64,000 nt of DNA from Myxococcota bacterium (GTDB lineage Bacteria > Myxococcota_A > Polyangia > Nannocystales > Nannocystaceae). Below are positions 9,708-20,616 of the stretch, piece after piece. Numbering within the stretch: the first letter of the stretch is position 1; every line of letters starts with the position of its first letter. Under the pieces are notes generated by a model. The model did not search any database. It was not told where the DNA came from and worked only from the letters and a program-made list of their open reading frames with translations. Made by a program: the position numbers and the translations under genes. Location: positions 192,001-256,000 of the forward strand of contig JBCCHT010000002.1 of NCBI GenBank assembly GCA_039028615.1, given 5' to 3'.

Positions 9708-10275
9708 CGTGCACCTCCGCCAAGGCCTCGCGCAGGCGGGACCGGGCTCGAGACAACCGGGACTTCACGGTCCCGACGTCGATCTCGAGAACATCCGCGA
9801 TCTCGGCATAGTCGAGGCCGTGGAGTTCTCGCAGCAAGAACGCCCCGCGATACGCGGGAGAGAGATCCGCGACGGCACGCTCGATCGCCTGCGCCGATGC
9901 GTGGCGCTCGGCGACCGCCGCCTCGGCGGTACGCATCGACTCCGACACGGTGTCGAGACACTCGAGTCGGGGCGGTCGACGGCGCAGCTCGTTGAGAGCC
10001 ACGCGGGTCGCGATGGTCACCAGCCAGGTCGCCAGGCTCGCGCGGCCGTCTCCGCGGAACCGCGGCAGGGCTCGGAATGCGCGAAGGAAGGTCTCTTGGG
10101 CGAGATCCTCGGCCAGCTGAGCGCGGCCGACCGGTGCCAACATGGTGCGCAGCTGCCCCAGGACCCGGCGCTGGTGCCTCGACACCAGGGCACGGCACGC
10201 CGCAGCGTCGCCCCGCTGGGCGCGCTCGAGCACGAGGTCGTGAACCTCGGGGCGTGACTGTCGAGTGGTTGGCAT
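9700..10275 (-). CDS. ECF-type RNA polymerase sigma-70 factor
   Basis: AEDLAQETFLRAF, TWLVTIA, LRELHGLDYAEIADVLEIDVGTVKSRLSRAR. Confidence 0.92.
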   Translation of the reverse strand: MPTTRQSRPEVHDLVLERAQRGDAAACRALVSRHQRRVLGQLRTMLAPVGRAQLAEDLAQETFLRAFRALPRFRGDGRASLATWLVTIATRVALNELRRRPPRLECLDTVSESMRTAEAAVAERHASAQAIERAVADLSPAYRGAFLLRELHGLDYAEIADVLEIDVGTVKSRLSRARSRLREALAEVHDG

Positions 10276-10480
10276 GACTCTGGCGCCTTCATACACCCGG
10301 CGTCGGGGCCGGAGGTTCCCTCACCCTTGCACTCGCCTTCACTTTTGCAACAGGAGCGCGATTCCGCCCCGGCTTCCTGCCGCCTGGCCTGTGAACGCCT
10401 CGTCCCGATCCGGCGTTCGAGGGACCAATTCTCGCTCCTGCTTGGCCCTCGTCGACTCACGCTTGTTACAGTCATCGAGC

Positions 10481-11614
10481 GTGCTGAACGGAGGTTCGTT
10501 GGCTTTGGCCGTGGCGTTTGGTTTGTGGGGTCCCCCAAAGCTCCCGCCATTGCCCAGCGAACGACCGCGCGATCCACCGCCCAGCGAGGCCGGACCCGCC
10601 GAGACGCCCAGCGCTCGGCCGGCGCCCGCCCAGCCCAGCCCACCCACCACGCCCAAGCCGAGCGCTCCGCCGCCGCGTCAACCGGCGCCCACCGAGCCGA
10701 TTCAATCGGCGCCGCCGAGCGCATCGCCGTCGACCGGGGTCCCCGATGCAGCCAAGCCCATCGAGTCCGGCCCGATGATCCCGGAGTTCGTCGATCCGCC
10801 GCAGCCCGACGCGGACGAAGTCGGGCCCGCTCCCGCTCCGCCCGCGGAGTCGGAGTCGGAAGGAGCCGCGCCCTCGGGCCCCGGCACGGCGCCGCCCATG
10901 GGCGCCGGAATGCTACCGGGCGACGACCCGGAGCCGTCGATGCTGCGCTTCCCTCCGCCCCGACGGCCGCCCTGGTCAGGCGTGGGCTTGTTCGTGGGCG
11001 CGGGCGTCACGTTCTCCGCCGCGTTGACCGAGCAGATCATCGGGCACGTGCTGGTCAAACGCCGCTGCATCGATCCCTTCGCGGAGCAGGCCGCCGTCTC
11101 CACCAGTGAGGACGGCGAGGCCCAAGCGGAGGACTTCGGTGAGGCGCTGCTCAAGTGTGCGCCGGGGATCCTGCCCGCGTTCGCGCTGCGCGTGCACTCG
11201 GATCTCGGCTTGCTGGCGACCATCGGCCTGGCCGCGGCCGGCTCTGCGCTCCGAGCCCAGCGCGACGCCCATGACGACGCCTTCAGCGATCGCCCGCCGC
11301 CCAACAAGTTCGCTCTCCAGGCCAGCGGCGTCGGCCTCATCGGCCTGGGCGTCGTGACCTGGCTGACCACGGGGGCCATCTCCTGGGGGGTGCTCGCCAG
11401 CTGCCGCACGGCTCGCTGCGCGACGCGGGCGAGGCTCACCGCGTTCACCACTCGCGACACGGGTGCGGTGATGATCGCCGCCGGCTCGGGCATGCTCGCC
11501 TACGCGATGGCGCATCGCCGCGCCTATGATCGCTTCTTTCGCGATCGGGCGATGTCCGTCGGCATGAGCTGGATGCCCGGCGGACCGGGCCTCACCCTCA
11601 CCGGACGTTTTTAG
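10481..11614 (+). CDS. hypothetical membrane protein with Pro-rich N-terminus
   Basis: Pro-rich linker, several hydrophobic helices, C-terminal LTGRF; start estimated at GTG 10481. Confidence 0.6.
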   Translation: MLNGGSLALAVAFGLWGPPKLPPLPSERPRDPPPSEAGPAETPSARPAPAQPSPPTTPKPSAPPPRQPAPTEPIQSAPPSASPSTGVPDAAKPIESGPMIPEFVDPPQPDADEVGPAPAPPAESESEGAAPSGPGTAPPMGAGMLPGDDPEPSMLRFPPPRRPPWSGVGLFVGAGVTFSAALTEQIIGHVLVKRRCIDPFAEQAAVSTSEDGEAQAEDFGEALLKCAPGILPAFALRVHSDLGLLATIGLAAAGSALRAQRDAHDDAFSDRPPPNKFALQASGVGLIGLGVVTWLTTGAISWGVLASCRTARCATRARLTAFTTRDTGAVMIAAGSGMLAYAMAHRRAYDRFFRDRAMSVGMSWMPGGPGLTLTGRF

Positions 11615-12369
11615 CCGGCGATCCGCGTCGCGGGGGGAAACTGCGGGCCCCCGCGCTCGGGGGGCACGGGTCGCATCGCGGTGATCCGGCGCGCGCTGGC
11701 GGTGACGGTGGGCGGGCCTCGCCGCACCATGCTCCGCCGCAGCGCGTGCGGGCCTCCGCGATCGATCCAGCCGCGTCGGACGAGCTTCTTGCGGATGCGC
11801 TTGCGGGCTCGCATGACTCGGACTGCAACGTTCGATCCGGTGATGCCCAGGCGCTCGGCGACCTCGTCGGTGGCCAGGCCCTGAACCTCGCGCAGGACGA
11901 ACGCCTCGCGCCACCGCGACGGAATCTCGTCGAGCACGTCGTGCAGCGCTCGGGTCTGCTCTCGCTGCATGTGCTGCCCGTCGGGCTGGCCCGCGACCTT
12001 GCCCGACACCGCGTGCTCGTAGCGCTCGAGCGTTCGGGTGTGGGTTCGGTTGCGACGCCAGTGACGACGCACGACGTTGAGGGCGATGCCATAGGTCCAT
12101 CGCACGAAGGCCCGGCGCCCGTCGTAGCGGTCGCGGCTCGCCATGGCCTGCAGGAAGGTCTCCTGGGTCAGGTCCTCGGCGAGGGCTTGGTCGCCGCACA
12201 GGTGGCGAACCTGGCGATACACGGCGGGATAGTGCCGGCGATACAGGACCGACCACGCCTCGCCCTCGGGTCCGGGATCGGACGAGGACGGGGGTGACAC
12301 GGGTACGGGCTCGTCGGGAACGACGCAAAGGTTCGGGATGGCGTTGGTCTGCGGGGATAGCTGGGTCAT
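11611..12369 (-). CDS. ECF-type RNA polymerase sigma-70 factor
   Basis: AEDLTQETFLQA, WTYGIALN, LREVQGLATDEVAERLGI; start estimated at ATG 12369. Confidence 0.88.
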   Translation of the reverse strand: MTQLSPQTNAIPNLCVVPDEPVPVSPPSSSDPGPEGEAWSVLYRRHYPAVYRQVRHLCGDQALAEDLTQETFLQAMASRDRYDGRRAFVRWTYGIALNVVRRHWRRNRTHTRTLERYEHAVSGKVAGQPDGQHMQREQTRALHDVLDEIPSRWREAFVLREVQGLATDEVAERLGITGSNVAVRVMRARKRIRKKLVRRGWIDRGGPHALRRSMVRRGPPTVTASARRITAMRPVPPERGGPQFPPATRIAG

Positions 12370-12941
12370 CGAAACACTCGGAAGGCCACGGTCCAGGGGC
12401 GCGGCGACTCGGCGGCGGGGATGACCGCGGGCGCTCGTCGGTGCAGTCCGAGCTTTCCGTTGCGGTCGAGCCGAGTCGCTCGTGCCCTCACTCTTTTGGT
12501 GTGCACTCCGACCGAGGGGGGGTTCCCGCGCCTGCGCTTCGATGACCCCCCGCGCTGTTGTGTCGCATCGGCTGTAATGTTTTGCGGCTTCGGGCAAAGG
12601 AGCTTGATCGAGGGCGGGCGCAGATCGTTCGGAAGTCTCCGCGATCGCCCGCTCGAGCCCTCTGCTCCCGTGCAATCGCGCCGTGGGACCGAGCGCGACG
12701 CTCCGTCGTGTCGGCTCCAACCGTAGTCGACTTCACACCGAAGTCTCTGGGCTCCCCCGGGCCGTGGGGGCCGACCCGAGTCAGGTTTCGTAGGCCTGTC
12801 GGGTGGCCACTGCGGTTGCCACCCCCTTCCGTGCGCGGGTCCGCGAATCGATCATCGACATCGGTGCGCGAGCCCGCCCGGGGTCCGAAATGGACTTCGT
12901 AGCGCCCCTCGGCGGAACGAACGGCCAGAGGGAAACCGGGT

Positions 12942-14855
12942 ATGGTCGGGCCGATGTTTGGACTACGGAACCGAGTGGTTGCTCCCATCTCCAGCACCCT
13001 GGCGAGCCTGGTCGCCCTCCTCGCGGCCACGGATGCCGCCGCGGGTGATCCCGGCCCGACGTTGGTCGAGGGCCGCATCGTCGCGCAGTCGGGCGACACG
13101 CCGACCGGTGGCGCCGGCGTCCTCGACATGCGGCCGCCCTTCGTCAACGCCCAGGACGAGGTCGGCTTCGTCGGCGATCTCGACGATGGCGACCACTACG
13201 TGTGGGTCGGCGACGCGGTGGTCTGGCAAGGCAGCGACGATGCGATGGTCACGCTCGGCAACATCGAGTTCGCGATGGACAGCGACGGCGCGGGCGCCTT
13301 CGTCTACGCGGTCGACGTCGACGGCGACGACGCGCTCTATACGGACCTCGGGGTCTTCGCCATCGCCGGCAGCCCGATCACGGGCATCAAGGGGTCGACC
13401 TATACCTTCCTGTCCTCGCCCTCCATGACCGAGGACGGCGCCCTGTACTTCGTCGGGGGCATCGACGACAACGACGATGGCGAGACCGATCGTCGCGGGT
13501 TCTTCCGCAGCGCCGACCGTACCGAGGCCTCGGTCGAGCTGCTGCTGGCGGGCGGCGACATGGTCGACGGCTCGCTCATCGACAACAACACCACGGGCAT
13601 CAACTTCTCCTACGCCCTCTCCGAGGACGCGGCCCACAGCATCCACGTCATCAATACCCAGGACGACACCACCATGGATGCCGGCCTGCTCATCGACGGG
13701 TCGATCGCGATCCGTGAGGGCGATGACAACGGGGCAGGAGACAACTGGGATGCCTTCGACCTGGTGTCGATCAACGCGTCGGGCAACTACCTGTTCACCG
13801 GCGATACCGACGGCGACGCGGCGACGGACGAGTTCATCGCCTACAACGGCGTCATTGCCATTCGCGAGGGCGACACCGTGGTGGACGCAGAGCTGCTCGA
13901 CGGCGCCCAGCTCCGCTACGCCGCGCTGAGTGACTTCGACCAGGCCATGCACGCGTGGGGCTACCCCATCTCCGACGACTTCACCGAGACCATGTTCTTC
14001 GCCTGTGATGCGGCCGACATCGCGGGTTCCTCGATCGAGGTCTTCACGCTGGGCGACGAGCTCGACATCGATGGCGACGGCATGGGCGACTACGTCATCG
14101 CCGACATCCCCCTGACCTTCCCCGCCGACAGCCGCGGCCTGGGCAACACCCCCTTCGTCTACAGCCAGATCGTGCTCGACGACGGCAAGTCGCAGGCCCA
14201 GGCCATCGTCGAGTTCCCCGTGAGCTGCTGCGGCAACGGGGCCGTCAACGCCTTCGAGGAGTGTGACGACGGCAACGACGACGACACCGACGACTGCCTC
14301 GCGGGCTGTATCGCGGCCACCTGCGGCGACGGCTTCGTCCAAGACGGCGTCGAGGAGTGCGACGACGCCAACGACGACGACACCGACGAGTGTCCCACCA
14401 ACTGCCTCGAGGCGGCCTGCGGCGACGGCTTCCTGCAGGACGGCGTCGAGGAGTGTGACGACGGCAACGACGACGACACCGACGAGTGCGTCGCCGGTTG
14501 CGTGCCCGCCAGCTGCGGCGACGGCTTCGTCCAAGACGGCGTCGAAGAGTGCGACGACGGCAATACCGACGATGGCGACGAGTGCAACGCCGACTGCACC
14601 CTGGCCGGGGGCGTGGACGACACGGCGGGCGACTCGGCCGGCGACAGCGGCGTCGACGACGGCCCCTCCACCCTGTCCCAGGGCTCGGGCGACGAAGGCG
14701 GCGACACGGACACCGACACCGATTCCGGCTCGACCGGCGGCGCCGACGATGGCAGCGGCTGCAGCTGCCAGACCAGCGATCGCCCGCTGTCGGGCATCGT
14801 GTGGGCCTTTGCCGGGCTCGGCCTGCTCGGCCTGCGACGCCGACGTCGCTCCTGA
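12942..14855 (+). CDS. secreted protein with Myxococcus Cys-rich (DUF4215-type) repeats and MYXO-CTERM
   Basis: Four CG(N/D)G...EECDD(G/A)N repeats; GCSC + TM helix + RRRRRS tail. Confidence 0.85.
   Translation: MVGPMFGLRNRVVAPISSTLASLVALLAATDAAAGDPGPTLVEGRIVAQSGDTPTGGAGVLDMRPPFVNAQDEVGFVGDLDDGDHYVWVGDAVVWQGSDDAMVTLGNIEFAMDSDGAGAFVYAVDVDGDDALYTDLGVFAIAGSPITGIKGSTYTFLSSPSMTEDGALYFVGGIDDNDDGETDRRGFFRSADRTEASVELLLAGGDMVDGSLIDNNTTGINFSYALSEDAAHSIHVINTQDDTTMDAGLLIDGSIAIREGDDNGAGDNWDAFDLVSINASGNYLFTGDTDGDAATDEFIAYNGVIAIREGDTVVDAELLDGAQLRYAALSDFDQAMHAWGYPISDDFTETMFFACDAADIAGSSIEVFTLGDELDIDGDGMGDYVIADIPLTFPADSRGLGNTPFVYSQIVLDDGKSQAQAIVEFPVSCCGNGAVNAFEECDDGNDDDTDDCLAGCIAATCGDGFVQDGVEECDDANDDDTDECPTNCLEAACGDGFLQDGVEECDDGNDDDTDECVAGCVPASCGDGFVQDGVEECDDGNTDDGDECNADCTLAGGVDDTAGDSAGDSGVDDGPSTLSQGSGDEGGDTDTDTDSGSTGGADDGSGCSCQTSDRPLSGIVWAFAGLGLLGLRRRRRS
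14229..14600 (+). repeat. tandem ~96-bp coding repeats (Cys-rich CGDG repeats)
   Basis: tgcggcgacggcttc...gaggagtg(c/t)gacgac units repeated four times. Confidence 0.8.
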
Positions 14856-14870
14856 GCGCTCAGCGAACCG

Positions 14871-15521
14871 TCAGCGGGGTCGCACCGAGCCGATCCCGTT
14901 GACCTCTTTGACCACCGTGTCGGGGCCGCCTTCGTAGCGGACCCGACCGGTCCCGTTGATTTCGGCGCGGAGCCGATCGGAGGCCTTCACGTCGGCCTTG
15001 CCCGAGCCGTTGAGCTCGACGTCGACCTGGCGCGCGACTAGGTCGGTGGTGTCGACCCGGTTGGCCCCGGACATCTCGATCTGTAGGTGGTCGACGCGGC
15101 CCGCCACCGTGGTCCGACCCGCGCCGTTGAGCTCGAGGTCGAGGTGTTTACCGTCGATGCCGCTGATCTCGAGCCGGGTCGCGCCGTTGTTCTCGAACGC
15201 GGTCAGCTCGGGCGCCATGATCTGGACGGTGACCGGCAGGCGGGGCTCGAAGTGGCGCGGCATGATGACGGCCAGCGTGCCGTCGTGAACCTCGGCATCG
15301 ATCTCGTGGATGAGGTCGTCATCGCCGTAGATGTCGATGCGCGCGGGCTCGCCCACCACCACATGGGCCTCGTAGGCCCCGTCGAGCTGGACCTTGGTAA
15401 ACGACGACAGCTGCTCCGACCGCTGGTCCTCGACCCCGCTGCCAGCTTGGCGTCGAATGCGCGAGTTCCCGGAGCACGCCAGGAGCGCAAAGGAGACGAC
15501 GACGAGGCAGATTCGCTTCAT
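14871..15521 (-). CDS. DUF2807 / head GIN domain lipoprotein
   Basis: [16 protein letters not shown] lipobox; repeated lxG(A/S)Gxv beta-solenoid units. Confidence 0.8.
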   Translation of the reverse strand: MKRICLVVVSFALLACSGNSRIRRQAGSGVEDQRSEQLSSFTKVQLDGAYEAHVVVGEPARIDIYGDDDLIHEIDAEVHDGTLAVIMPRHFEPRLPVTVQIMAPELTAFENNGATRLEISGIDGKHLDLELNGAGRTTVAGRVDHLQIEMSGANRVDTTDLVARQVDVELNGSGKADVKASDRLRAEINGTGRVRYEGGPDTVVKEVNGIGSVRPR

Positions 15522-15529
15522 GGGGCCCT

Positions 15530-16108
15530 CTATCCGCCCGCGGGCGAGTTGGGTTGGCCATTGTTCAGAGTTTCGTCGAGGTGGAGCCAATACAGCGCCG
15601 ACAGCACCAGCGCATGGTCGACCTCGCCCCGCTGGATGAGCCCGGGCAGCTCCGTCTGCGGCACCAGCTCCACGATGGTCTCCTCGGTCTCGTCGTTGCT
15701 GATCTCCGCCACCTGCTCGCAGTCCTCGGCGACGTACGTGTACAGCTGATTGGTGAACAGGGCCGGGTTGGGATTGCACTGCCCCAGCCGTCGCAGCCGA
15801 CCGCGGTAGCCCGTCTCTTCCTGGAGCTCGCGGGCCGCGGCCACATCGGGGTCCTCGCCCGGGTCGACCAGGCCGCCCGGGAGCTCGAGCACGGTGCCGC
15901 CCTTGCCGTGACGGAACTGCCGGATCATCACCAGCTCGCCGTTGCGAGTGCGCGGCACGATGTTGACCCAGGGCAGGCTGTCGATGCTGAAGAAGGTGAA
16001 GGTCGGCCCCGTGTCGCCCTGCCGACTGTGACGGGCCAGGATGTCGAACACGCGGCAGTCGGCCACGCGCTCGGTATGGAGGACCTGCCACGGCGTGGGA
16101 ACGGACAT
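15530..16108 (-). CDS. NUDIX hydrolase (ADP-ribose pyrophosphatase-like)
   Basis: Nudix box GGLVDPGEDPDVAAARELQEETGY. Confidence 0.92.
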   Translation of the reverse strand: MSVPTPWQVLHTERVADCRVFDILARHSRQGDTGPTFTFFSIDSLPWVNIVPRTRNGELVMIRQFRHGKGGTVLELPGGLVDPGEDPDVAAARELQEETGYRGRLRRLGQCNPNPALFTNQLYTYVAEDCEQVAEISNDETEETIVELVPQTELPGLIQRGEVDHALVLSALYWLHLDETLNNGQPNSPAGG

Positions 16109-16130
16109 GGCGGCAGGATACACTGCCCGT

Positions 16131-16646
16131 GTGGGCGTCCCCTGGGAGCTGAACACCGAGCGCATGCACCTGCGCCGCATCGGGCCCGAGCACCTCGAGG
16201 ATCTACTCGAACTCGATTCCGATCCCGAGGTCATGCGCTACATCAACGGCGGCAAGGCCAGCACCCGCGAGGACTACGAAAAGTTCATGCCGCGGATGAT
16301 GGCCTACGACGAGCTGCCCTACGGGTTCCTGGCCGCGTACGAGCAACAGCGCTTCATCGGGTGGTTCCACCTGCGGCCGAGCGTCGCCGACGAGTCGATC
16401 TTGGAGCTCGGCTATCGCCTGCGGCGGGAGACCTGGGGCCGCGGGCTCGCCACCGAAGGCGGCCGCGCGCTGGTGCGCCATGCCTTCGAAGACCTCGATC
16501 AACCCGCGGTGGATGCCTGCGCCGACCCGAACAATGCGGGGTCGATCCGCGTGATGGTCAAGTGCGGCATGCATCGCGTCGGCAAGTTCATGCACCCGCG
16601 GGCGCCGATCGAGGTCGTGCGCTACATCGTCGAGCGGGGTTCGTAG
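16131..16646 (+). CDS. GNAT N-acetyltransferase (RimJ/RimL family)
   Basis: LNTERMHLR, ELGYRLRRETWGRGLATEG, NAGSIRVMVKCGM; start GTG 16131 or ATG 16107. Confidence 0.9.
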   Translation: MGVPWELNTERMHLRRIGPEHLEDLLELDSDPEVMRYINGGKASTREDYEKFMPRMMAYDELPYGFLAAYEQQRFIGWFHLRPSVADESILELGYRLRRETWGRGLATEGGRALVRHAFEDLDQPAVDACADPNNAGSIRVMVKCGMHRVGKFMHPRAPIEVVRYIVERGS

Positions 16647-16655
16647 CCACCGGGT

Positions 16656-18215
16656 TCAGCGGGGCTCGAACTCGAAGCGCTCGAGGGTCTCGGGCTGCGG
16701 CGCGGGACCACGCAACGAGCCGATGACCAGCCCGACGAGGTTGGCGACGAGACCGATGACCCCGAGCTCCAGCTTCAGCGGGTTGAGCCGTGCGGCCAAC
16801 TCCGGCACGAGCTGCTGGAGGATGAAGACTGCGAAAACCGTGCCCAGGCCGGCGATGAGGCCATATTCGGCCCCCTGTCGGTTGGCGCGCCGCCAGTAGA
16901 GCCCGGTCAGCACCAGCGGCAAGAACTGGATGGGCATGGCGTAGGCCAGCAGCAACAAGTCGACGATCGAGGTGCCCCCGGCCACGCCCAGCATGGCCCA
17001 GCTCAACACGGCGACGAGCACGATGGTCAAGCGTATCGCTCGGGTCTGGCCGGCCTCGTCGTCGCGCAACGGAGTGTCGGGCTGTGCCGGCGCGGGCAGC
17101 AATCGCAGCCGTCGCGCGCGGCGAACGAGCGCAGACCCGAAGCGTCCCCGCTCGGCCGGCAGCAGGACGTCGCGAATGAGCACCGAGCCGCCTGCGTGCA
17201 GCAAGGCGTCGCCCGTCGACATCGACGCGGCCAGCACCGCGAAGGCCACGAACGCGAAGAGCACGGTGTGCGCGGGGTGTTCGGCGAGGCGATCGACCAG
17301 CCACAGCAACACGGAGTCATCGGCCGGGCCGCCCTCGAGCACCGCCACGTAGCCCAGGAACAGAAGCGGCACCAAGAAGAACAAGAAGGTCGGGTACCAG
17401 ACCACCGACAGCTGCACCAGGCGAGCGCTGCGGGCGGTGAAGCACTTCATGAACACGTGCGGCCACATCGAGATGCCCAGGATGGACACCAGGATCTCCG
17501 AGCTGTAGCGCGAGATCGGGGTCTGCTCGCCGGGCCCGGGCAGGGTGAGGAACTCGGGGTGCTCGGCCAGCACGCGGTCGAACATGGCGGGGACCGAGCC
17601 GAACAGCGCCTGCGGGATCCACAAGCCGAGCACCCACACCACGATCAACATGGCCACGCCCTGCACGACGTTGGTCCAGCCGACTCCGCGCACGCCACCG
17701 AGCAGCACGTAGGCGAGTACGGCCACGTAGACGAGCGCGGCGCCCCACAGCGGCTCCCAGCCGGCCACCGCCTCCATGACCAAGCCCGCGCCCTTGAGCT
17801 GGATGACGAGGTAGGGCACGAAGGCGAGCACCGACGCCAGGCCCATCACGATGCTCACCCGGGGGCTCTCGAAGCGCGAGGCGATGAGCTCGGCCTGGGT
17901 CACGAAGCCTTCGCGGGCGCCGATGCGACGCACCCGGGCTCCGAAGAAGAACAGCGGGGCCAACCCCACCGCGCCATAGGCCAGCACGTAGAAGGCATCC
18001 GAGCCGCGGGCCACCACCCGCTGCGGCGTGCCCAGCAGCGCGTAGGCGGAGAAGATGGTCGCCCCGACCACGAAGTACATGACGACCGGGCCGAAGGAGC
18101 GCTCGCCCGCCACGAAGTCGTTGGTGTCCCCTCGCCCCCGCCGGCCGGCCACGATCCCGAGGACCACGGTCAGCACCATGTAAGCCACCACCACCGCGAG
18201 GGCCACCGGTCTCAT
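16656..18215 (-). CDS. sodium:solute symporter family protein
   Basis: Many TM helices; DFVAGERSFG, GGVRGVGWTNVVQG, AASMSTGD. Confidence 0.9.
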   Translation of the reverse strand: MRPVALAVVVAYMVLTVVLGIVAGRRGRGDTNDFVAGERSFGPVVMYFVVGATIFSAYALLGTPQRVVARGSDAFYVLAYGAVGLAPLFFFGARVRRIGAREGFVTQAELIASRFESPRVSIVMGLASVLAFVPYLVIQLKGAGLVMEAVAGWEPLWGAALVYVAVLAYVLLGGVRGVGWTNVVQGVAMLIVVWVLGLWIPQALFGSVPAMFDRVLAEHPEFLTLPGPGEQTPISRYSSEILVSILGISMWPHVFMKCFTARSARLVQLSVVWYPTFLFFLVPLLFLGYVAVLEGGPADDSVLLWLVDRLAEHPAHTVLFAFVAFAVLAASMSTGDALLHAGGSVLIRDVLLPAERGRFGSALVRRARRLRLLPAPAQPDTPLRDDEAGQTRAIRLTIVLVAVLSWAMLGVAGGTSIVDLLLLAYAMPIQFLPLVLTGLYWRRANRQGAEYGLIAGLGTVFAVFILQQLVPELAARLNPLKLELGVIGLVANLVGLVIGSLRGPAPQPETLERFEFEPR

Positions 18216-18487
18216 GGGCGGGACTCCTGCGACGCTTGCTCCGCGGGCTCGAGCTCGCGGTCGTCGACCACCCGCAGGCGATAGAGCACCAGCAGGGCGA
18301 CGAAGTTGGCGAAGATCACCAACAGCACCCACGTCAGCGACCAAGGCAGGCCGAAGATTCGCGGGTGCACGTGGTCACCCAGCCACGGGTAGATCGGCCA
18401 GATGAGCAGCAAGACCGAGAACACGAACCACGCCACGCCGACGCGGGTGCCGATGCGCATCCGTCGTTGTCGTGCGAGCGAGGCCAC
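18212..18487 (-). CDS. small two-TM symporter accessory protein (DUF3311-like)
   Basis: PRIFGLPWSLTW motif; overlaps the symporter start. Confidence 0.75.
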   Translation of the reverse strand: MASLARQRRMRIGTRVGVAWFVFSVLLLIWPIYPWLGDHVHPRIFGLPWSLTWVLLVIFANFVALLVLYRLRVVDDRELEPAEQASQESRP

Positions 18488-18529
18488 GGCGCGGACGCTA
18501 CCACGCCGGGCGCACGGGCTCGATGCCGG

Positions 18530-19213
18530 CTATTGAACGCCGCGCGTGTAGCCGAACAAGCCCTTGCCGGGATCGTACTCGGCGTCGCCCACCCCCTGCC
18601 ACTGGCCGTCTTCGAGCCAGTACAGCGTCTCCGCAGCATAGCCCACCGAGTGGGTGCTGCCGGACAGGGTGTCGACATCGAAGCCGTAGGTGGCGCAGCC
18701 CGAGTCGACCTCGGCCTTCGTCACGTTGAGCGTGTATGAGAACGCGAACTCGCACTCGGCACAGGTGTCGAGCCAGGTCACGTCCGCGGGGGTGATCAGC
18801 AGGACGCAATGATCGACGCCCTCGACGAACGCGATGGCCTCGAGGAAACCGTCGTAGCTAGTGCCGGGGTTGATGGTGCCTTCGCCGAACCAGCCGACGA
18901 AGTCCTCTTCTTTGCCGCCCTCTTCGTCCTTGCCTTCTTCTTCGCCCTCTTCGTCGCCGGGAATGCCCGCGCTGCCGCCGTCGAAGCTGGCCGCGCCCGT
19001 GGTCATCCACCAGTCGGTCGAGCTCCCGTAGGGCGTGGTGCCGCCGCTGCCGATGGGCATGTCGCCGCCCGTGCCCGAGCCCATGGCCGACCCGGTGGCG
19101 GAGCCGCTCGCGGTCATGCCCGAGGATCCGGTGCCGTCGGCTCCACCGCAGGCGGCGAGCAGCAGGCCGGCGCTCGCCAGGACTCCCAGGCCCATGGACA
19201 TCGCTCGGTTCAT
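18530..19213 (-). CDS. hypothetical lipoprotein
   Basis: MNRAMSMGLG...LLAAC lipobox; CAECEFAF; overlaps the upstream gene stop. Confidence 0.7.
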   Translation of the reverse strand: MNRAMSMGLGVLASAGLLLAACGGADGTGSSGMTASGSATGSAMGSGTGGDMPIGSGGTTPYGSSTDWWMTTGAASFDGGSAGIPGDEEGEEEGKDEEGGKEEDFVGWFGEGTINPGTSYDGFLEAIAFVEGVDHCVLLITPADVTWLDTCAECEFAFSYTLNVTKAEVDSGCATYGFDVDTLSGSTHSVGYAAETLYWLEDGQWQGVGDAEYDPGKGLFGYTRGVQ

Positions 19214-20616
19214 GGCAGCAGCTCCGCCAGGGTTCCGGTGCAGTCGATGCTCGAGCCGTCGGATCCGGTGACCGACTTGACCGGCATCGAGTCGGTGGGG
19301 ATGCCCATGCCCGTCAGCACCGAGCTCAGGAGCTTTTGGTGGGGGATGCCCATGCGGTTGTCCTTGTCGTAGCTGAGGCCGTCGTAGGGGCTCGTGCGCG
19401 CATAGTGGATGTGCCGCCCTAGGCGGAAGCGCCCTCCTCCGCCCGCGATGACGGCGGGATAGGTGTCGAAGCCGTGCCAGCTGTCGGCCATCTCGCTCAT
19501 CCACAACACCACCGTGTTGTCGAGCATGGTGCCGCCTGCCTCGGGAATGGAGTCGAGCATGCTCAAGATGCGAGCGAAGTGCTGGGCGTGGACCCGCCCG
19601 TACTCGGTCATGACGTCGGCCGCGGCCGGGTCGTCGTAGATGCCGTGGGCATACTCGGCGTGCACGTCTCCGGCCGGAGCTCCGAGCTGATCCGGGCTCA
19701 GCTGGCCCATCTGAATCGAAGCCACGCGGGTGAGGTCGCAAGACAGCGCCGCGGTCATCAGGCCCACGTGCGCCTCGAAGTCGGCGTCGTAGTCCCCGTA
19801 TTGCTGGGCGCGCGCGGGCTCGTTGCCGCAGCTGGCCCCCGCGAGTCCGACGATCTGCTGCTCCAGCGAGCGCACCAGCTGCTGGTGAACCTCGAGCTTC
19901 TGACGGTCCTCGGCGGACAGTCGCCCGGAGACCGAGGCGTAGCGCTCGGAGACCGCATCCATCACGCTGCCTTGGCGGGCGGTGATCGGGTCGTCGGCGT
20001 TGGTGAGCCCGAACAGCCGATCCCAGAACACCCGCGGGTCGTCGATGGCGGGCAAGGCCTGGTTGGCGCCGCGGTAGATCACCGAGCCATAGCCGTCGTA
20101 GGCGAGGCCGTTGCTGACCGACAGCTCGATCGAACGATAGCGATCGGCGCGGGCGATCGACTCGGCCACGAGCTGATCGATGGTCGGCGCGCCCGCATAA
20201 GGAAAGCCGCCGACCCAGACGGCATCGGCCCCCGTGATCGAGTGCGCCTGCGCCCGCTCGTGGCGAAAACCGCTGCCGTCGGCCTCGGCCGAGACCAGCC
20301 CCAGACCGTCGAAGACCGAGACGCGATCGCGCCAGGCATGCAGGGGCCGCAACATGGGGCTGAAGTCGGTCTCCGACCACCCGGCAAGCTCGGAGACCCA
20401 GTCATTACCCGCTCCGTTGCCCTCGGGGTCGACCCGCCAGCGCGACGGCACCGTGCCCTGAGCGGTGTAAAACAGCACGAAACGCAGCGGCGCGTCGCTG
20501 CCCGCCCGAGCGTTGCGGCCGAGCGACGGCATCAGCAGCGAGCTGCCGCCCAGGCCCAGTGCAGCGAGGCTACCGAGGCCTCCGAGCCCCGACTGAAGGA
20601 ACTTGCGGCGGTTCAT
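19210..20616 (-). CDS. DUF1552 domain protein (Tat signal)
   Basis: MNRRKFL Tat signal; TIDQLVA, ALSCDLTRV, TMLDNTVVLWMSE. Confidence 0.9.
   Translation of the reverse strand: MNRRKFLQSGLGGLGSLAALGLGGSSLLMPSLGRNARAGSDAPLRFVLFYTAQGTVPSRWRVDPEGNGAGNDWVSELAGWSETDFSPMLRPLHAWRDRVSVFDGLGLVSAEADGSGFRHERAQAHSITGADAVWVGGFPYAGAPTIDQLVAESIARADRYRSIELSVSNGLAYDGYGSVIYRGANQALPAIDDPRVFWDRLFGLTNADDPITARQGSVMDAVSERYASVSGRLSAEDRQKLEVHQQLVRSLEQQIVGLAGASCGNEPARAQQYGDYDADFEAHVGLMTAALSCDLTRVASIQMGQLSPDQLGAPAGDVHAEYAHGIYDDPAAADVMTEYGRVHAQHFARILSMLDSIPEAGGTMLDNTVVLWMSEMADSWHGFDTYPAVIAGGGGRFRLGRHIHYARTSPYDGLSYDKDNRMGIPHQKLLSSVLTGMGIPTDSMPVKSVTGSDGSSIDCTGTLAELLP

Noticed and set aside
12963..14534. Long antisense ORFs (this one and many similar)
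   Set aside because: Expected in high-GC DNA opposite real genes, with no family motifs
14229..14600. Tandem repeats as a CRISPR-like or mobile repeat
   Set aside because: They are in-frame Cys-rich protein repeats typical of myxobacteria
16106..16109. Divergent genes apparently sharing a CATG start palindrome (also at 5547 and 24324)
   Set aside because: Alternative downstream starts exist for one partner in each case, so this is probably a start-calling artefact
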